Shown here in pieces: positions 24,725 through 36,107 of a stretch of DNA of 64,000 nt. The stretch covers positions 49,762 to 113,761 of the forward strand of contig JAJVIC010000015.1 of NCBI GenBank assembly GCA_022072225.1. The letters are read 5' to 3'. The position numbers were made by a program, and so were the translations under genes. Positions within the stretch are counted from its first letter, which is position 1. Every line of letters starts with the position of its first letter. The stretch comes from Bacteroidia bacterium (lineage in GTDB: Bacteria > Bacteroidota > Bacteroidia > SXHM01). Under the pieces are notes generated by a model that made no database searches, was not told the origin of the DNA, and worked only from the letters and a program-made list of their open reading frames with translations.

Positions 24725-25425
24725 AAGACCTCACCCCCAACACCTCTCCTCCAGGAGAGGGGAGAAAGATCATCCTCGCATCCGCTTCTCCCCGCAGGCA
24801 GCAACTGCTGAAAGAGTTGGGTGTTGATTTTACCGTTGAGGTAAAACCTGTTGACGAAACAGCACCCAAAGAATTGAAAGCAGAACAAATTCCGATTTAC
24901 CTCTCGCAACTGAAAGCGGCTCAATTCAAAAATACGGTGGATGAACACACACTTGTCATCACAGCTGACACAATAGTGTGGATTAACGAAAAAGAAATAG
25001 GTAAACCCAAAGATTATGCAGATGCGGTAAACATGCTGAAAACACTTTCGGGAAATATGCACACCGTGTTTACAGGTGTTACGCTTACCTCTAAAAACAA
25101 ACAACATTCATTTTTTGTGGCCACAAAAGTGTATTTCAAAAAGCTATCCGACAGTGCTGTTGCGGATTACGTATCAACGTATAAGCCTTTTGATAAAGCA
25201 GGTTCGTACGGTTTACAGGAGTTTCTTTCAACAGGAATAAACCCGTGTTCAGATGAAGAAAATGAGTTTCTGAAAAAAATCGGTAAGCCAAATCTATACG
25301 AAGCTACCTTGCAAGGAACGCATGAGCAGTCGCCTGATTTTGGTATCGAAAAAATTGAAGGCTCTTATTTCAATGTAATGGGTTTGCCGCTGATGGAGTT
25401 GTATGAGGAGTTGGGAAGGTTTTAA
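24721..25425 (+). CDS. maf: Maf-like nucleoside triphosphate pyrophosphatase
   Basis: Contains ILASASPRRQQLL, ITADTIV and KAGSYGLQE...IEKIEGSYFNVMGLP. It is longer than typical Maf proteins because of two insertions. Confidence 0.8.
   Translation: MKDLTPNTSPPGEGRKIILASASPRRQQLLKELGVDFTVEVKPVDETAPKELKAEQIPIYLSQLKAAQFKNTVDEHTLVITADTIVWINEKEIGKPKDYADAVNMLKTLSGNMHTVFTGVTLTSKNKQHSFFVATKVYFKKLSDSAVADYVSTYKPFDKAGSYGLQEFLSTGINPCSDEENEFLKKIGKPNLYEATLQGTHEQSPDFGIEKIEGSYFNVMGLPLMELYEELGRF
24729..24766. repeat. Family B hairpin element in the first codons of maf (encodes LTPNTSPPGEGR)
   Basis: CCTCACCCCCAACACCTCTCCTCCAGGAGAGGGGAG, with stem CCTCTCC/GGAGAGG. Confidence 0.6.
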
Positions 25426-25430
25426 CAAAT

Positions 25431-27134
25431 TTAAAACCTAATATCCTTCACATTTAACTGGATACTTGTTCTTACGTTCCAGTTATTCTCTTCAATAGTA
25501 TAGCAAATGGTAAAGGGTATTTTGCTGCAAAGGGTTTCAAAGTACTCCGCCATATTAAAAGCAACAGCTTCAACTGTGCGCAGAGGGTTATCGGAGTCAA
25601 ACACTTCTAATTTCAGATGTTTTTCTTTCATCACTTTTGGAAATCCCTTGCACGATAGATTTTTAGTAATAAAAACCGGGTTCATGTTTCCCGGGCCAAA
25701 AGGCGCAAACTGTTTCAGTATGCGCAGAAATTTTTCGTTGATGTTGTCTAATTTCAATTCATCATCAACCTCAATGCAGGGGGTAAGCATATCTTCGGTA
25801 ATGGTTTCGGAAACCACGCGTTCAAATTTTTCTGCAAACGCTTCCACATTTTCAATTTTTATTTTCAATCCTGCGGCATATTTGTGTCCGCCAAACTGTT
25901 CTAATAAATCACTGCATGCTTCTATGGCTTGATATACATTGTAGTCGCGCACCGAGCGAGCCGAGCCTGTTGCGTACCCATCTTCCACTGCCAACACAAT
26001 GGTGGGGCGATAGTATTTTTCTATAAGTCGCGAAGCCACAATTCCTACCACACCCTTGCTCCATGTTTCGTGAAACAAAACCGTTGATTTACGTTTCTGC
26101 AACACAACACTTTTGTCAATCATGTCTAATGCGTGTGCGGTTATGTTCTTATCAAGGTCAGAACGTTCAATATTCAGGTTATTTATTTCAAATGCTTTAG
26201 CATTGGTGTTTTCTCTCCCCGAAGCAATCAGCAGTTCAACAGCCTGTCTCCCGCTAGCAATACGCCCGGCTGCATTGATACGTGGAGCAATGATAAACAC
26301 AATATCGCTGATGCCTAATTCGCGCTTTATGTTGTTAAGCTCCATAATGGAACGCAATCCGCTGGAAGGATTCTCATTCAGCTTTTTTAACCCGTAGTAA
26401 CTCAGCACACGGTTTTCTCCAGTTATAGGAACTATGTCGGCTGCAATACTTACCGCAACTAAATCAATGTATTTTTCAAGTTCCGTGAATGCAATGTTAT
26501 TGTTCAGTGCATAAGCCTGTGCCAGTTTAAAACCAATTCCGCAACCACTTAGTTCTTTATATGGATAGGAGCAATCGGCTTGTTTTGGGTCAAGCACAGC
26601 AGCAGCATCCGGACATTTTTCTCCGGGCAAATGGTGGTCACAGATAATAAAGTCTATTCCCTTTTCTCTTGCATACGCTACTTTATCATTAGAGCGTATT
26701 CCGCAATCCAGCGCAATAGTGAGCGAAAAATTATTGGCTTCGGCAAAATCAATTCCGGCAAACGAAATTCCGTAACCTTCTTTATATCGGTCGGGAATGT
26801 AGTAATCTGTTTTTGCGTAAAAAGCTGAAAGAAAGCTATAGAAAAATGCAACGGCAGTTGTGCCGTCCACATCGTAATCGCCATACACTAAAATATTTTC
26901 TCCCTTGGCAATAGCTTGTTCAAGGCGTGCAACAGCTTTGTCCATATCCTTCATCAGAAAAGGATTGTGTAAATCACTGTACTCAGGACGAAAGAAATGT
27001 TTTGCTTCTTCAAACGTTGTTACTCCGCGCTGTGCAAGCAGCGAAGCAAGTTTGTGGTCAATGTTCAGCGAGGCAGAAAGCGAGTCAACTATTGTTGCTT
27101 CCGGTTTTGATTTTACGAGCCAACGCTTTTGCAT
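25431..27134 (-). CDS. recJ: Single-stranded-DNA-specific exonuclease RecJ
   Basis: DHH motifs are present (YGDYDVDGTT, DCG, ICDHH), along with a DHHA1-like GGHKYAAG. The protein is 567 aa. Confidence 0.9.
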   Translation of the reverse strand: MQKRWLVKSKPEATIVDSLSASLNIDHKLASLLAQRGVTTFEEAKHFFRPEYSDLHNPFLMKDMDKAVARLEQAIAKGENILVYGDYDVDGTTAVAFFYSFLSAFYAKTDYYIPDRYKEGYGISFAGIDFAEANNFSLTIALDCGIRSNDKVAYAREKGIDFIICDHHLPGEKCPDAAAVLDPKQADCSYPYKELSGCGIGFKLAQAYALNNNIAFTELEKYIDLVAVSIAADIVPITGENRVLSYYGLKKLNENPSSGLRSIMELNNIKRELGISDIVFIIAPRINAAGRIASGRQAVELLIASGRENTNAKAFEINNLNIERSDLDKNITAHALDMIDKSVVLQKRKSTVLFHETWSKGVVGIVASRLIEKYYRPTIVLAVEDGYATGSARSVRDYNVYQAIEACSDLLEQFGGHKYAAGLKIKIENVEAFAEKFERVVSETITEDMLTPCIEVDDELKLDNINEKFLRILKQFAPFGPGNMNPVFITKNLSCKGFPKVMKEKHLKLEVFDSDNPLRTVEAVAFNMAEYFETLCSKIPFTICYTIEENNWNVRTSIQLNVKDIRF

Positions 27135-27159
27135 GTATTAATGGAACGCAGATTTTTAT

Positions 27160-27269
27160 GATTGCTCCGTCATTGCGAGGGTTTTTTCACCCGAAGCAAT
27201 CTCTGAATGAGTTACTATCGTTATTTGTATGTGAGATTGCTTCGCTTGTTCCTCGCTCGCAATGACGAG
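27160..27269. repeat. About 110-bp composite palindrome (family C: CGTCATTGCGAGG...CGAAGCAATCTC / GAGATTGCTTCG...CTCGCAATGACG) between frr and recJ
   Basis: The two arm pairs are near-perfect reverse complements (CGAAGCAATCTC/GAGATTGCTTCG and CGTCATTGCGAG/CTCGCAATGACG). Confidence 0.75.
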
Positions 27270-27273
27270 AACA

Positions 27274-27837
27274 CTACACCGTCATTATTTCCTTCTCCTT
27301 GCTTTCAAGATGCGCATCCGTCTTAGCCGTATAAGCGTTGGTAAGATTTTGGATTTTCTCTTCCGCGCCTTTACCCATATCTTCGGGTAAGCCTTGTTTC
27401 ACCAAGCCTTTGATGTATTCATTTGCATCTTTACGTGCAGTACGTATGCTTACTTTACAATGCTCAGCTTCACCTTTGGCTTGTTTTACCAAACCTTTTC
27501 TGCGCTCTTCGGTCAGTGGCGGAATATTAATACGGATTACCGAACCATCGTTAGAAGGCGTAAAGCCAAGGTTGGCATCCAGAATGGCTTTTTCAATATC
27601 TTTCAGCAATGATTTTTCAAAAGGCTGAATAACCAATGTTTTCGGGTCGGGTGTGTTAATGCCCGACACATTTTTCAAAGGTGCCATGGTTCCGTAATAC
27701 GGCACTTGTATTCCGTCCAACATAAAAGGGTTTGCTTTTCCCGCTCTGATTTTTGTCAACTCCGCTTCAAAATGCTTAATAGCATTTTGCATTTCCTCTT
27801 CAGCTGTGGCAATTGCCAATTCTAATTCTTCGTCCAT
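27274..27837 (-). CDS. frr: Ribosome recycling factor
   Basis: It is 187 aa with typical RRF sequence (LTKIRAGKANP, IPPLTEERRK). Confidence 0.95.
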   Translation of the reverse strand: MDEELELAIATAEEEMQNAIKHFEAELTKIRAGKANPFMLDGIQVPYYGTMAPLKNVSGINTPDPKTLVIQPFEKSLLKDIEKAILDANLGFTPSNDGSVIRINIPPLTEERRKGLVKQAKGEAEHCKVSIRTARKDANEYIKGLVKQGLPEDMGKGAEEKIQNLTNAYTAKTDAHLESKEKEIMTV

Positions 27838-27915
27838 AAGATTTTTGTTTAAGAGGCACGAAGGTAAAAAAAGAAAAGTGATTATTAAGATAGGAATTCT
27901 GTTCCAAAATCATTG

Positions 27916-27941
27916 TCTCTGCGTCTTTGCGCCTCTGCGGT
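27916..27941. repeat. Half-copy of the family D element (reverse complement ACCGCAGAGGCGCAAAGACGCAGAGA)
   Basis: It matches 11762-11787 (ACCGCAGAGGCACTAAGGCGCAGAGA) in the opposite orientation. Confidence 0.45.
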
Positions 27942-27979
27942 GAAAAAAACTACCTTCGCGCGCTAAATCAAACTTAATA

Positions 27980-30640
27980 ATGAATAAAGTCCTTTCGCTT
28001 ATTATCCTGATTGCAGTTGTTTTTTTTACTGCCTGCAAATCCAATAAAGACCTTTCTGATACAGAAGTGGCTACCGACACCGCAGCATTTGATATGGAAG
28101 AGTGGCTGAAGAATTATAACGAAGCAATGGATAAAAGTCCATACCGCGCTTCCAACAAACGAATTAATGATTTGCTGCATACCAAACTGGAAGTAAATTT
28201 TAATTGGGAAAAACAACAACTCAATGGAAAAGCAACCTTGAGTTTTAAGCCCTATTTCTATCCAACCGATTCGCTTACGTTGGATGCAAAAGGTTTTGAC
28301 ATTCGTGAAATTTCGTTGCTCACCGCAACCGGGAAAACGCCCTTGAAGTTTCAATACGACAGTCTTAAAATCCGTATTACTTTGGATAAAACCTACACCC
28401 GCAGCGAAGAATACAAACTCTTTATTGACTACACTGCCAAGCCCGAAGAACTGGAAGCAGGCGGCAGCAAAGCCATCACTTCCGACAAAGGTTTGTATTT
28501 CATCAATCCCTTAGGCAAAGACAAAAACAAACCTAAACAAGTGTGGACACAAGGCGAAACCGAGGCCAGCTCCTGCTGGTTTCCAACCATTGATTCGCCC
28601 AACGAACGCATGACTCAGGAAATTTACATGACCGTTGATACAGCTTTTGTAACACTTTCCAACGGTTTACTGCTTTCATCAAAAAACAATGGCAACGGAA
28701 CCCGCACCGATTACTGGAAGCAATCACTCGGACATGCACCTTATCTCGCTATGATGGCAGTTAGCAATTTTGCTATTGTAAAGGACTCGTGGAAAGGCTT
28801 GGATGTAAATTATTACGTTGACAAAGAATACCAAAAATATGCAAAAGCTATTTTTGGCAACACTCCCGAGATGCTCACTTTCTTTTCCGAAAAGTTTGGT
28901 AACTATCCCTGGGAAAAATATTCGCAGGTTGTAGTTCACGATTATGTTTCGGGCGCGATGGAAAATACAAGTGCAACACTACACGGTGAGTTTCTTCATC
29001 AGACCTCACGCGAAATGCTGGATGGCGATAATGAAGACATTATTTCTCACGAATTATTTCACCAGTGGTTTGGCGATTTGGTTACCTGTGAGTCATGGTC
29101 AAATCTTCCTTTGAATGAATCATTTGCAACTTACGGTGAATACCTCTGGCGCGAATATAAATACGGCCGCGATGCTGCCGATCATCATTTAGATGGTGAT
29201 TTAAGCAACTACCTGCGCGAAGCTGCATACGATAAAAAAGACCTTATTCGTTTTCAGTATGACGACAAAGAAGACATGTTCGACAGCCACAGCTATGCAA
29301 AAGGCGGGCGCGTATTACACATGTTGCGCAAGTATATTGGTGATGATGCCTTCTTTGCTTCATTGAAATTGTATCTGGAGAAAAACAAATTCACATCCGT
29401 TGAAATTCATCAGTTGCGTTTGGCATTTGAAGAAGTAACAGGTGAAGATTTAAACTGGTTTTTCAATCAGTGGTTTTTGGCAAAAGGTCATCCTGAGCTG
29501 GGAATTTTCTGGACATACTATGATGAAACAGACTATCCCGAAGAAACAAACCGTTTAACCATCACCATTGAACAAAAACAGGATTTGGAAACAACTCCTC
29601 TTTACAAACTGCCCATGTATGTGGATGTATATCACGGCAAAGAAAAAGTGCGTCATCAGATTATTCTTGAAGAACACCTGCAAACCTTTGCTCTTCCCTG
29701 CAAAGGCAAGCCCGATTTGGTAAATATTGATGCCGAAAAAATGTTGCTCTGCACTAAAGAAGAAGAAAAAGAAGCATCGGAATACATTCACCAATATCAT
29801 CATGCCCCGCTTTATTTAGACCGTCAGGAAGCATTGCTTAAACTATCAAACGCAGACGATTCGCTTGCTCAGATGGTTGTTCTGGAAGGCTTGAACGATA
29901 AGTACTGGAAGCTGCGTTCCAATACCATCAGCTATTTATCAGGACTGGAATATGCCGACAAAGAACAACTGAAAACCAAAATTTCGGCAATGGCCCAGAA
30001 CGATGAAAAAGCGGCAGTGCGCGCAGCAGCTCTTAAATATTTAATTAAAAACCATCCGGGAGCTGACTTGCTTACCGTGTATGAAAAAGCCATAAACGAT
30101 TCATCGTACACTGTTTCGGGTATGGCCTTGGCAGCTATTGCAAAAACCGATAAAGAAAAAGGACTTGCCAAAGCAGAAGAATTGGAAAACCGGGGCGACC
30201 TGAAAACCTTTACCGATGTGGCAACTGTTTACATGCAATATGGCGGAAGAGAGAAAGAAAAATTCTTTGCCGACAACTGCAAGCGCCTGACAGATAACAA
30301 TGACAAATACAGTTTTGTATTACTCTACAGCCGCTTCCTGCAACGCACCGATGATGCTGAAATGACCAAACGTACACTGCCATTTTTTAAAACAATTGCC
30401 GAAACCGACAATGCATGGTTTATGCGTTTAGGTGGTATTCAGGCTTTGGCTGAGTTGCGTGATGCTTTAGCGAAAAAATCAGAAAACCTGGAACCTTCTT
30501 CCGATGAAAAAGATAAGGCCCTGCTGGCAGAAACCAATACCCTGCGCGATTCAATAGACGCCATGGTAGGCGAACTCATTGAAAAAGAAAAAGACGCAAA
30601 AGTTCTCAGGTACCTTGGAATTGAGGTAGAGGAGGAGTAG
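27980..30640 (+). CDS. M1-family zinc metallopeptidase (aminopeptidase N-like) with HEAT-like C-terminal repeats
   Basis: Contains the GAMEN motif and HELFHQWFGDLVTCESWSNLPLNESFATYGE (HExxH-18-E). There is an N-terminal lipoprotein-like signal (FFTAC). Confidence 0.9.
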   Translation: MNKVLSLIILIAVVFFTACKSNKDLSDTEVATDTAAFDMEEWLKNYNEAMDKSPYRASNKRINDLLHTKLEVNFNWEKQQLNGKATLSFKPYFYPTDSLTLDAKGFDIREISLLTATGKTPLKFQYDSLKIRITLDKTYTRSEEYKLFIDYTAKPEELEAGGSKAITSDKGLYFINPLGKDKNKPKQVWTQGETEASSCWFPTIDSPNERMTQEIYMTVDTAFVTLSNGLLLSSKNNGNGTRTDYWKQSLGHAPYLAMMAVSNFAIVKDSWKGLDVNYYVDKEYQKYAKAIFGNTPEMLTFFSEKFGNYPWEKYSQVVVHDYVSGAMENTSATLHGEFLHQTSREMLDGDNEDIISHELFHQWFGDLVTCESWSNLPLNESFATYGEYLWREYKYGRDAADHHLDGDLSNYLREAAYDKKDLIRFQYDDKEDMFDSHSYAKGGRVLHMLRKYIGDDAFFASLKLYLEKNKFTSVEIHQLRLAFEEVTGEDLNWFFNQWFLAKGHPELGIFWTYYDETDYPEETNRLTITIEQKQDLETTPLYKLPMYVDVYHGKEKVRHQIILEEHLQTFALPCKGKPDLVNIDAEKMLLCTKEEEKEASEYIHQYHHAPLYLDRQEALLKLSNADDSLAQMVVLEGLNDKYWKLRSNTISYLSGLEYADKEQLKTKISAMAQNDEKAAVRAAALKYLIKNHPGADLLTVYEKAINDSSYTVSGMALAAIAKTDKEKGLAKAEELENRGDLKTFTDVATVYMQYGGREKEKFFADNCKRLTDNNDKYSFVLLYSRFLQRTDDAEMTKRTLPFFKTIAETDNAWFMRLGGIQALAELRDALAKKSENLEPSSDEKDKALLAETNTLRDSIDAMVGELIEKEKDAKVLRYLGIEVEEE

Positions 30641-30700
30641 GATATTTTTTCTACTTTCGTTCGTTACTGATTAAATCAAAACCGTTTCTACAGAAAAAAT

Positions 30701-33090
30701 ATGTGGGAAAATTCAGCAAGACTTATTCTTCGCCAAAGGATAGCTATCCTTATTATCATTGGCTTGCTGACGGCATTAATGGGCTATTATTCCCGCTTTG
30801 CTGAAATCCGTTACGACTTTGCAAAAATGCTGCCTTCTGACGACAGCACCTTTATTGAATACGAAAACTTTAAAAAACTTTTTGGCGAAGACGGCAACGT
30901 CCTTTTTCTTGGCATAACCGATAATGAACTTTACAAACTCGACCACTTCAACGCATGGTATGATTTAGGCGAGCAAATGAAAAAACTCGAAGGTGTTGAA
31001 GAGGTGGTTTCCGTTGCGCGTCTCTACAATTTAACCCGCAACGACAGCCTCAAAAAGTTTGATTTTTCACCTATTCTGAACCGCAAACCGCAAACTCAAA
31101 CCGAACTCGACAGCCTTAAAAACATCATCACCGGCTTGCCTTTTTACAGCAATGTAATCTACAATCCCGAAACCCATACTACCATTATGTTCATCACCAT
31201 GAGCAAAAAAGTGCTGGACAATAAAAAGCGCAACAAACTGGTGTTGCAGATTGAAGATGTTGCCTACAAATTTCAGGAAACACAAAAAACAGAAGTACAC
31301 TTTTCGGGTTTGCCTTATATCCGGAGTAAAGTTGCCATTCAGGTTGCTGAAGAGTTAACCATGTTTCTTTTTCTTGCTGCATTCATAACTTCTTTAGTGC
31401 TCTATCTCTTCTTCCGCTCTTTTAAAATAGTATTTGTCTCCATGCTGGTTCTTGCAATCGGAGTGGTGTGGTGCATGGGTCTGCAGGGAATGTTGGGCTA
31501 CAAAATAAGTATCCTCACAGGACTTATTCCTCCGCTGTTAATCGTAATCGGAATTCCCAACAACATTTACCTTATTAATAAATACCATCGCGAATTCAAA
31601 ACACATGGTAATCAGGCCAGGGCCTTAATGCGTACCATTTCAAAAGTAGGCAACGCTACTTTTCTTACCAATGCAAATACAGCCGTTGGTTTCGCAACAT
31701 TTTTGCTTGTTGAAAGCCAGATGATGAAAGAGTTTGGTATTGTGGCTACCATTAGCGTTATGCTTATTTTCTTTCTTTCACTGGCGCTTATCCCCATCTT
31801 TTTCAGCTTTCTTGCCCCGCCCTCACTCAAACATACCAAACATTTAGACAACCGCTTCTTTAGCGGCTTTGTCGAAAAACTAATCACCTTAGTTACCGAA
31901 TACCGCAAACCGGTTTACATAGTTTCTCTTCTGCTTACAGTCCTTTCAATCGCTGGAATTACACAAATGAAAACAACCGGAAACCTTGTTGACGATGTTC
32001 CCCGAAGCGATAAATTATACACCGATCTTAAATACTTTGAAAATAATTTCAACGGAGTAATGCCCTTTGAAATTGAGATAGACACCAAAAAGAAAGGCAA
32101 GGTAATGAGCCCTGCTATGTTCAAAAAAATTGACGAACTGCAGGGAGTGATTGCAACCTATCCCGAGTTCTCAAAACCACTTTCGGTGCTCGAAGTTTTC
32201 AAATTCTCCAAGCAGGCTTTTTACCGTGGCGACATAGAAAAATACAGTGTTCCCAACTCACAGGAACAAGGTTTCATTCTGGATTATGTTCCCGAGCAAA
32301 CACAAAACCGCAACCTGCTCCATTCCTTTATTGACAGCAATAAACAAATAACCCGCGTTACTGCCCACATCGAAGATATTGGTACGCCCCAACTGAAAAC
32401 CCTGAAAGAAAGCATTCAGCCCAAAATCGATTCCATTTTCCCGCCCGATAAATACAATGTAACACTTACCGGAACCAGCGTGGTGTTTTTAAAAGGTAAT
32501 GAATACATGATTAGCAACCTGCTTTGGAGTTTGTTGCTGGCAATCTTTCTTATTTCATTGATGATGGCAGGAATGTTTTCCTCCTGGCGTATGGTTATGA
32601 TTTCGCTTGTTCCCAATCTTATTCCGCAATTGGTTACCGCAGGTATGATGGGCTTTTTCGGCATTCCGATTAAAATTTCAACAATTTTGGTCTTTAGTAT
32701 AGCCTACGGAATTTCAGTAGATAACACCATTCACTTCCTTGCTAAATACCGTCAGGAACTTAAACAGCACAATTGGAATATCCGCAAATCTGCCATTCTC
32801 ACCCTGCGCGATACAGGTTTCAGTATCATTTACACATCCATCATTCTGTTTTTCGGTTTCGGTATTTTTTGTGCTTCTACTTTTGGAGGAACACAGGCAT
32901 TGGGCCTGCTCACAGCAATAACCTTAATGGTTTCTATGTTTACTAATCTCATTCTTCTTCCGGCACTAATCCTCTCACTCGATAAGTCCATTACTACCAA
33001 AGCATTTACCGAACCCTTGCTCGAAATTTATGACGAAGAAGAAGACATAGACCTTGAAAGTTTAAAAATCAGAAAAACAGAACCTGAATT

Positions 33091-33094
<4 letters not shown>
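30701..33094 (+). CDS. RND-superfamily / MMPL-type exporter (COG1033-like)
   Basis: It is 797 aa with two blocks of about 6 TM helices, each preceded by a soluble loop. This is the typical two-fold repeat of RND exporters. Confidence 0.8.
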
Positions 33095-33954
<860 letters not shown>

Positions 33955-33955
33955 T

Positions 33956-35467
33956 TTAGTGCTCCGGCCGCATCTGCGGAAAGAATAATACTTCCTGAAT
34001 ACTTTCCTGATTAGTCATCAGCATGGTGAGGCGGTCAATACCGATACCCATTCCTGAGGTTGGCGGCATTCCATATTCCAATGCACGCAGAAAATCTTGG
34101 TCAATCAACATCGCTTCGTCATCGCCTTTTTCTGAAAGTCTCATTTGTTCTTCAAAGCGCTCGCGCTGGTCAATCGGGTCGTTCAGCTCTGTGTAGGCGT
34201 TGGCTATTTCTTTTCCGTTTACCATTAATTCAAAACGTTCTACCAAACCTTCTTTGCTGCGGTGTTTTTTGCACAGTGGCGACATTTCAACCGGATAGTC
34301 AATAATAAAAGTAGGCTGAATAAAATTCTTCTCGCATTTTGCTCCGAAAATTTCATCAATCATTTTTCCTTTACCCATACTCGGGTCGGTTTCAATGTGC
34401 AACTGTTTGCAAACTTCACGCAGCATATCTTCGCCCATTCCGGTAATGTCAATTCCGGTGTATTCTTTTATTGCATCATACATGCTGATGCGTTTGAAAG
34501 GCGGTTTGAAATCAATTTCTTTATCACCCACTTTCACTACAGTTTGTCCGTGCAAATCCAACGCAATTTTTTCCAGCATCTGCTCGGTAAAATCCATCAT
34601 CCAGAAATAATCTTTGTACGCCACATAAATTTCCATCACGGTAAATTCAGGATTATGTGTGCGATCCATTCCCTCGTTGCGGAAATCTTTTGCAAATTCA
34701 TACACACCATCAAAGCCCCCTACAATCAGACGTTTCAGGTAAAGCTCATTTGCAATCCGTAAATACAAAGGAATATCCAACGCATTGTGATGCGTAACAA
34801 ATGGTCGCGCTGCGGCCCCGCCCGGAATAGGTTGCAGAATTGGAGTTTCCACTTCCAGATAACCGTTTTTATTGAACAGTTCGCGCATCGAGTTCATCAG
34901 TTGCGTGCGTTTGATAAAGGTATCGCGCACGCCTTTATTCACAATCAAATCAACATAGCGTTGACGATAGCGCAACTCCGGATTTGCAAAAGCATCGTGT
35001 ACATTTCCGTCTGCATCGGTTTTTACAACAGGCAGCGGCTTCAGCGATTTACTGAGCAGTTTCAACGTTTTCACATGAATGGAAACTTCGCCTACCTGCG
35101 TGATGAAAATATAGCCCGTAACACCGATAAAATCTCCGAGGTCAAGGTATTTTTTAAAAATATCATTGTACAAAACCTTGTCTTCGCCCGGACAAACTTC
35201 ATCACGGTTGATGTACAACTGAATTTTACCGCTGCTATCCTGCAGTTCTGCAAAACTTGCTTTTCCCATAATGCGTTTGCTCATCAGGCGTCCCGCAATG
35301 CTTACGTTGGTATAGTCTGTTGAGCCGGCTGTAAAATGCTGATGAATATCGGCAGCCGAAACATTTACATCAAACAACTCCTGCGGATAGGGATTAATAC
35401 CTAATGCTTTTATTTTTTCCAGCGAGTCTCTGCGCTGGATTTCAAGTTCTGTCAATTCTTTGCTCAT
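33956..35467 (-). CDS. lysS: Lysine--tRNA ligase (class II)
   Basis: Contains the class II motifs FRNEG and [11 protein letters not shown]. The protein is 503 aa. Confidence 0.95.
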   Translation of the reverse strand: MSKELTELEIQRRDSLEKIKALGINPYPQELFDVNVSAADIHQHFTAGSTDYTNVSIAGRLMSKRIMGKASFAELQDSSGKIQLYINRDEVCPGEDKVLYNDIFKKYLDLGDFIGVTGYIFITQVGEVSIHVKTLKLLSKSLKPLPVVKTDADGNVHDAFANPELRYRQRYVDLIVNKGVRDTFIKRTQLMNSMRELFNKNGYLEVETPILQPIPGGAAARPFVTHHNALDIPLYLRIANELYLKRLIVGGFDGVYEFAKDFRNEGMDRTHNPEFTVMEIYVAYKDYFWMMDFTEQMLEKIALDLHGQTVVKVGDKEIDFKPPFKRISMYDAIKEYTGIDITGMGEDMLREVCKQLHIETDPSMGKGKMIDEIFGAKCEKNFIQPTFIIDYPVEMSPLCKKHRSKEGLVERFELMVNGKEIANAYTELNDPIDQRERFEEQMRLSEKGDDEAMLIDQDFLRALEYGMPPTSGMGIGIDRLTMLMTNQESIQEVLFFPQMRPEH

Positions 35468-35481
35468 TATAAAATAGATTT

Positions 35482-35961
35482 CTAATTCAATTCTTTTTCT
35501 GAAATCACCAAACCATCTTCATCTGCGTATAAAAAATGTCCCGGCATAAAATTCACTCCGGCAAAACGAACCGGAATGTTGGTTTGTCCTTCATTACGTT
35601 TTATGCTTTTCACGGGGCAAGTACCGATTGCTTTTACGCCCACATCAATTCCTGCAATTTCTTCGCTGTCGCGGATGCAACCAAATACTACAATCCCGTT
35701 CCAGTTGTTTTTCTTTGCCAGCTGACCTATTAATCCTCCCACCAAAGCACAGCGGGTTGAACCTCCGCCATCCACCACCAATACTTTTCCTGTTCCGTCT
35801 GCTTCCAATGCAGTGCGTACAAAGGTGTTGTCTTCAAAAACTTTAACCGTAACAATTTGTCCATTAAATGTTTTTCTGCCGCCAAAATCATTAAAAATAT
35901 CTTCGGCAACCTGTAGTTTTTCTATGTGTTCATCACACAAATCGGCTGTTTTTAAACTCAT
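35482..35961 (-). CDS. rraA: RraA-family protein (RNase E regulator / HMG aldolase-like)
   Basis: TADLCDE...VLVVDGGGS...[24 protein letters not shown] is typical RraA sequence. Confidence 0.8.
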   Translation of the reverse strand: MSLKTADLCDEHIEKLQVAEDIFNDFGGRKTFNGQIVTVKVFEDNTFVRTALEADGTGKVLVVDGGGSTRCALVGGLIGQLAKKNNWNGIVVFGCIRDSEEIAGIDVGVKAIGTCPVKSIKRNEGQTNIPVRFAGVNFMPGHFLYADEDGLVISEKELN

Positions 35962-36055
35962 ATTATTCAGTTTTGAGGGCAGCGAAAATACAAAAACCCT
36001 AATCTGACTGAGGAGAATTTATTGAAAAGTACATTGTTTTTAGCCTTTTGTAAAC

Positions 36056-36063
36056 TATATTTG
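36056..36063 (+). promoter_or_regulatory. Candidate -7 box TATATTTG for the lectin adhesin gene
   Basis: It matches TAnnTTTG and lies 45 nt upstream of the GTG at 36108. Confidence 0.3.
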
Positions 36064-36107
36064 CGAAATCATAAAAGTTTAATCTTCAACAAATACAAAG
36101 CTCGGTT

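Noticed and set aside
24568-25107. A 179-aa minus-strand ORF overlapping the UbiA-family gene's 3' end and maf.
   Set aside because: It is antisense to two genes with clear family motifs. It has no recognisable features of its own.
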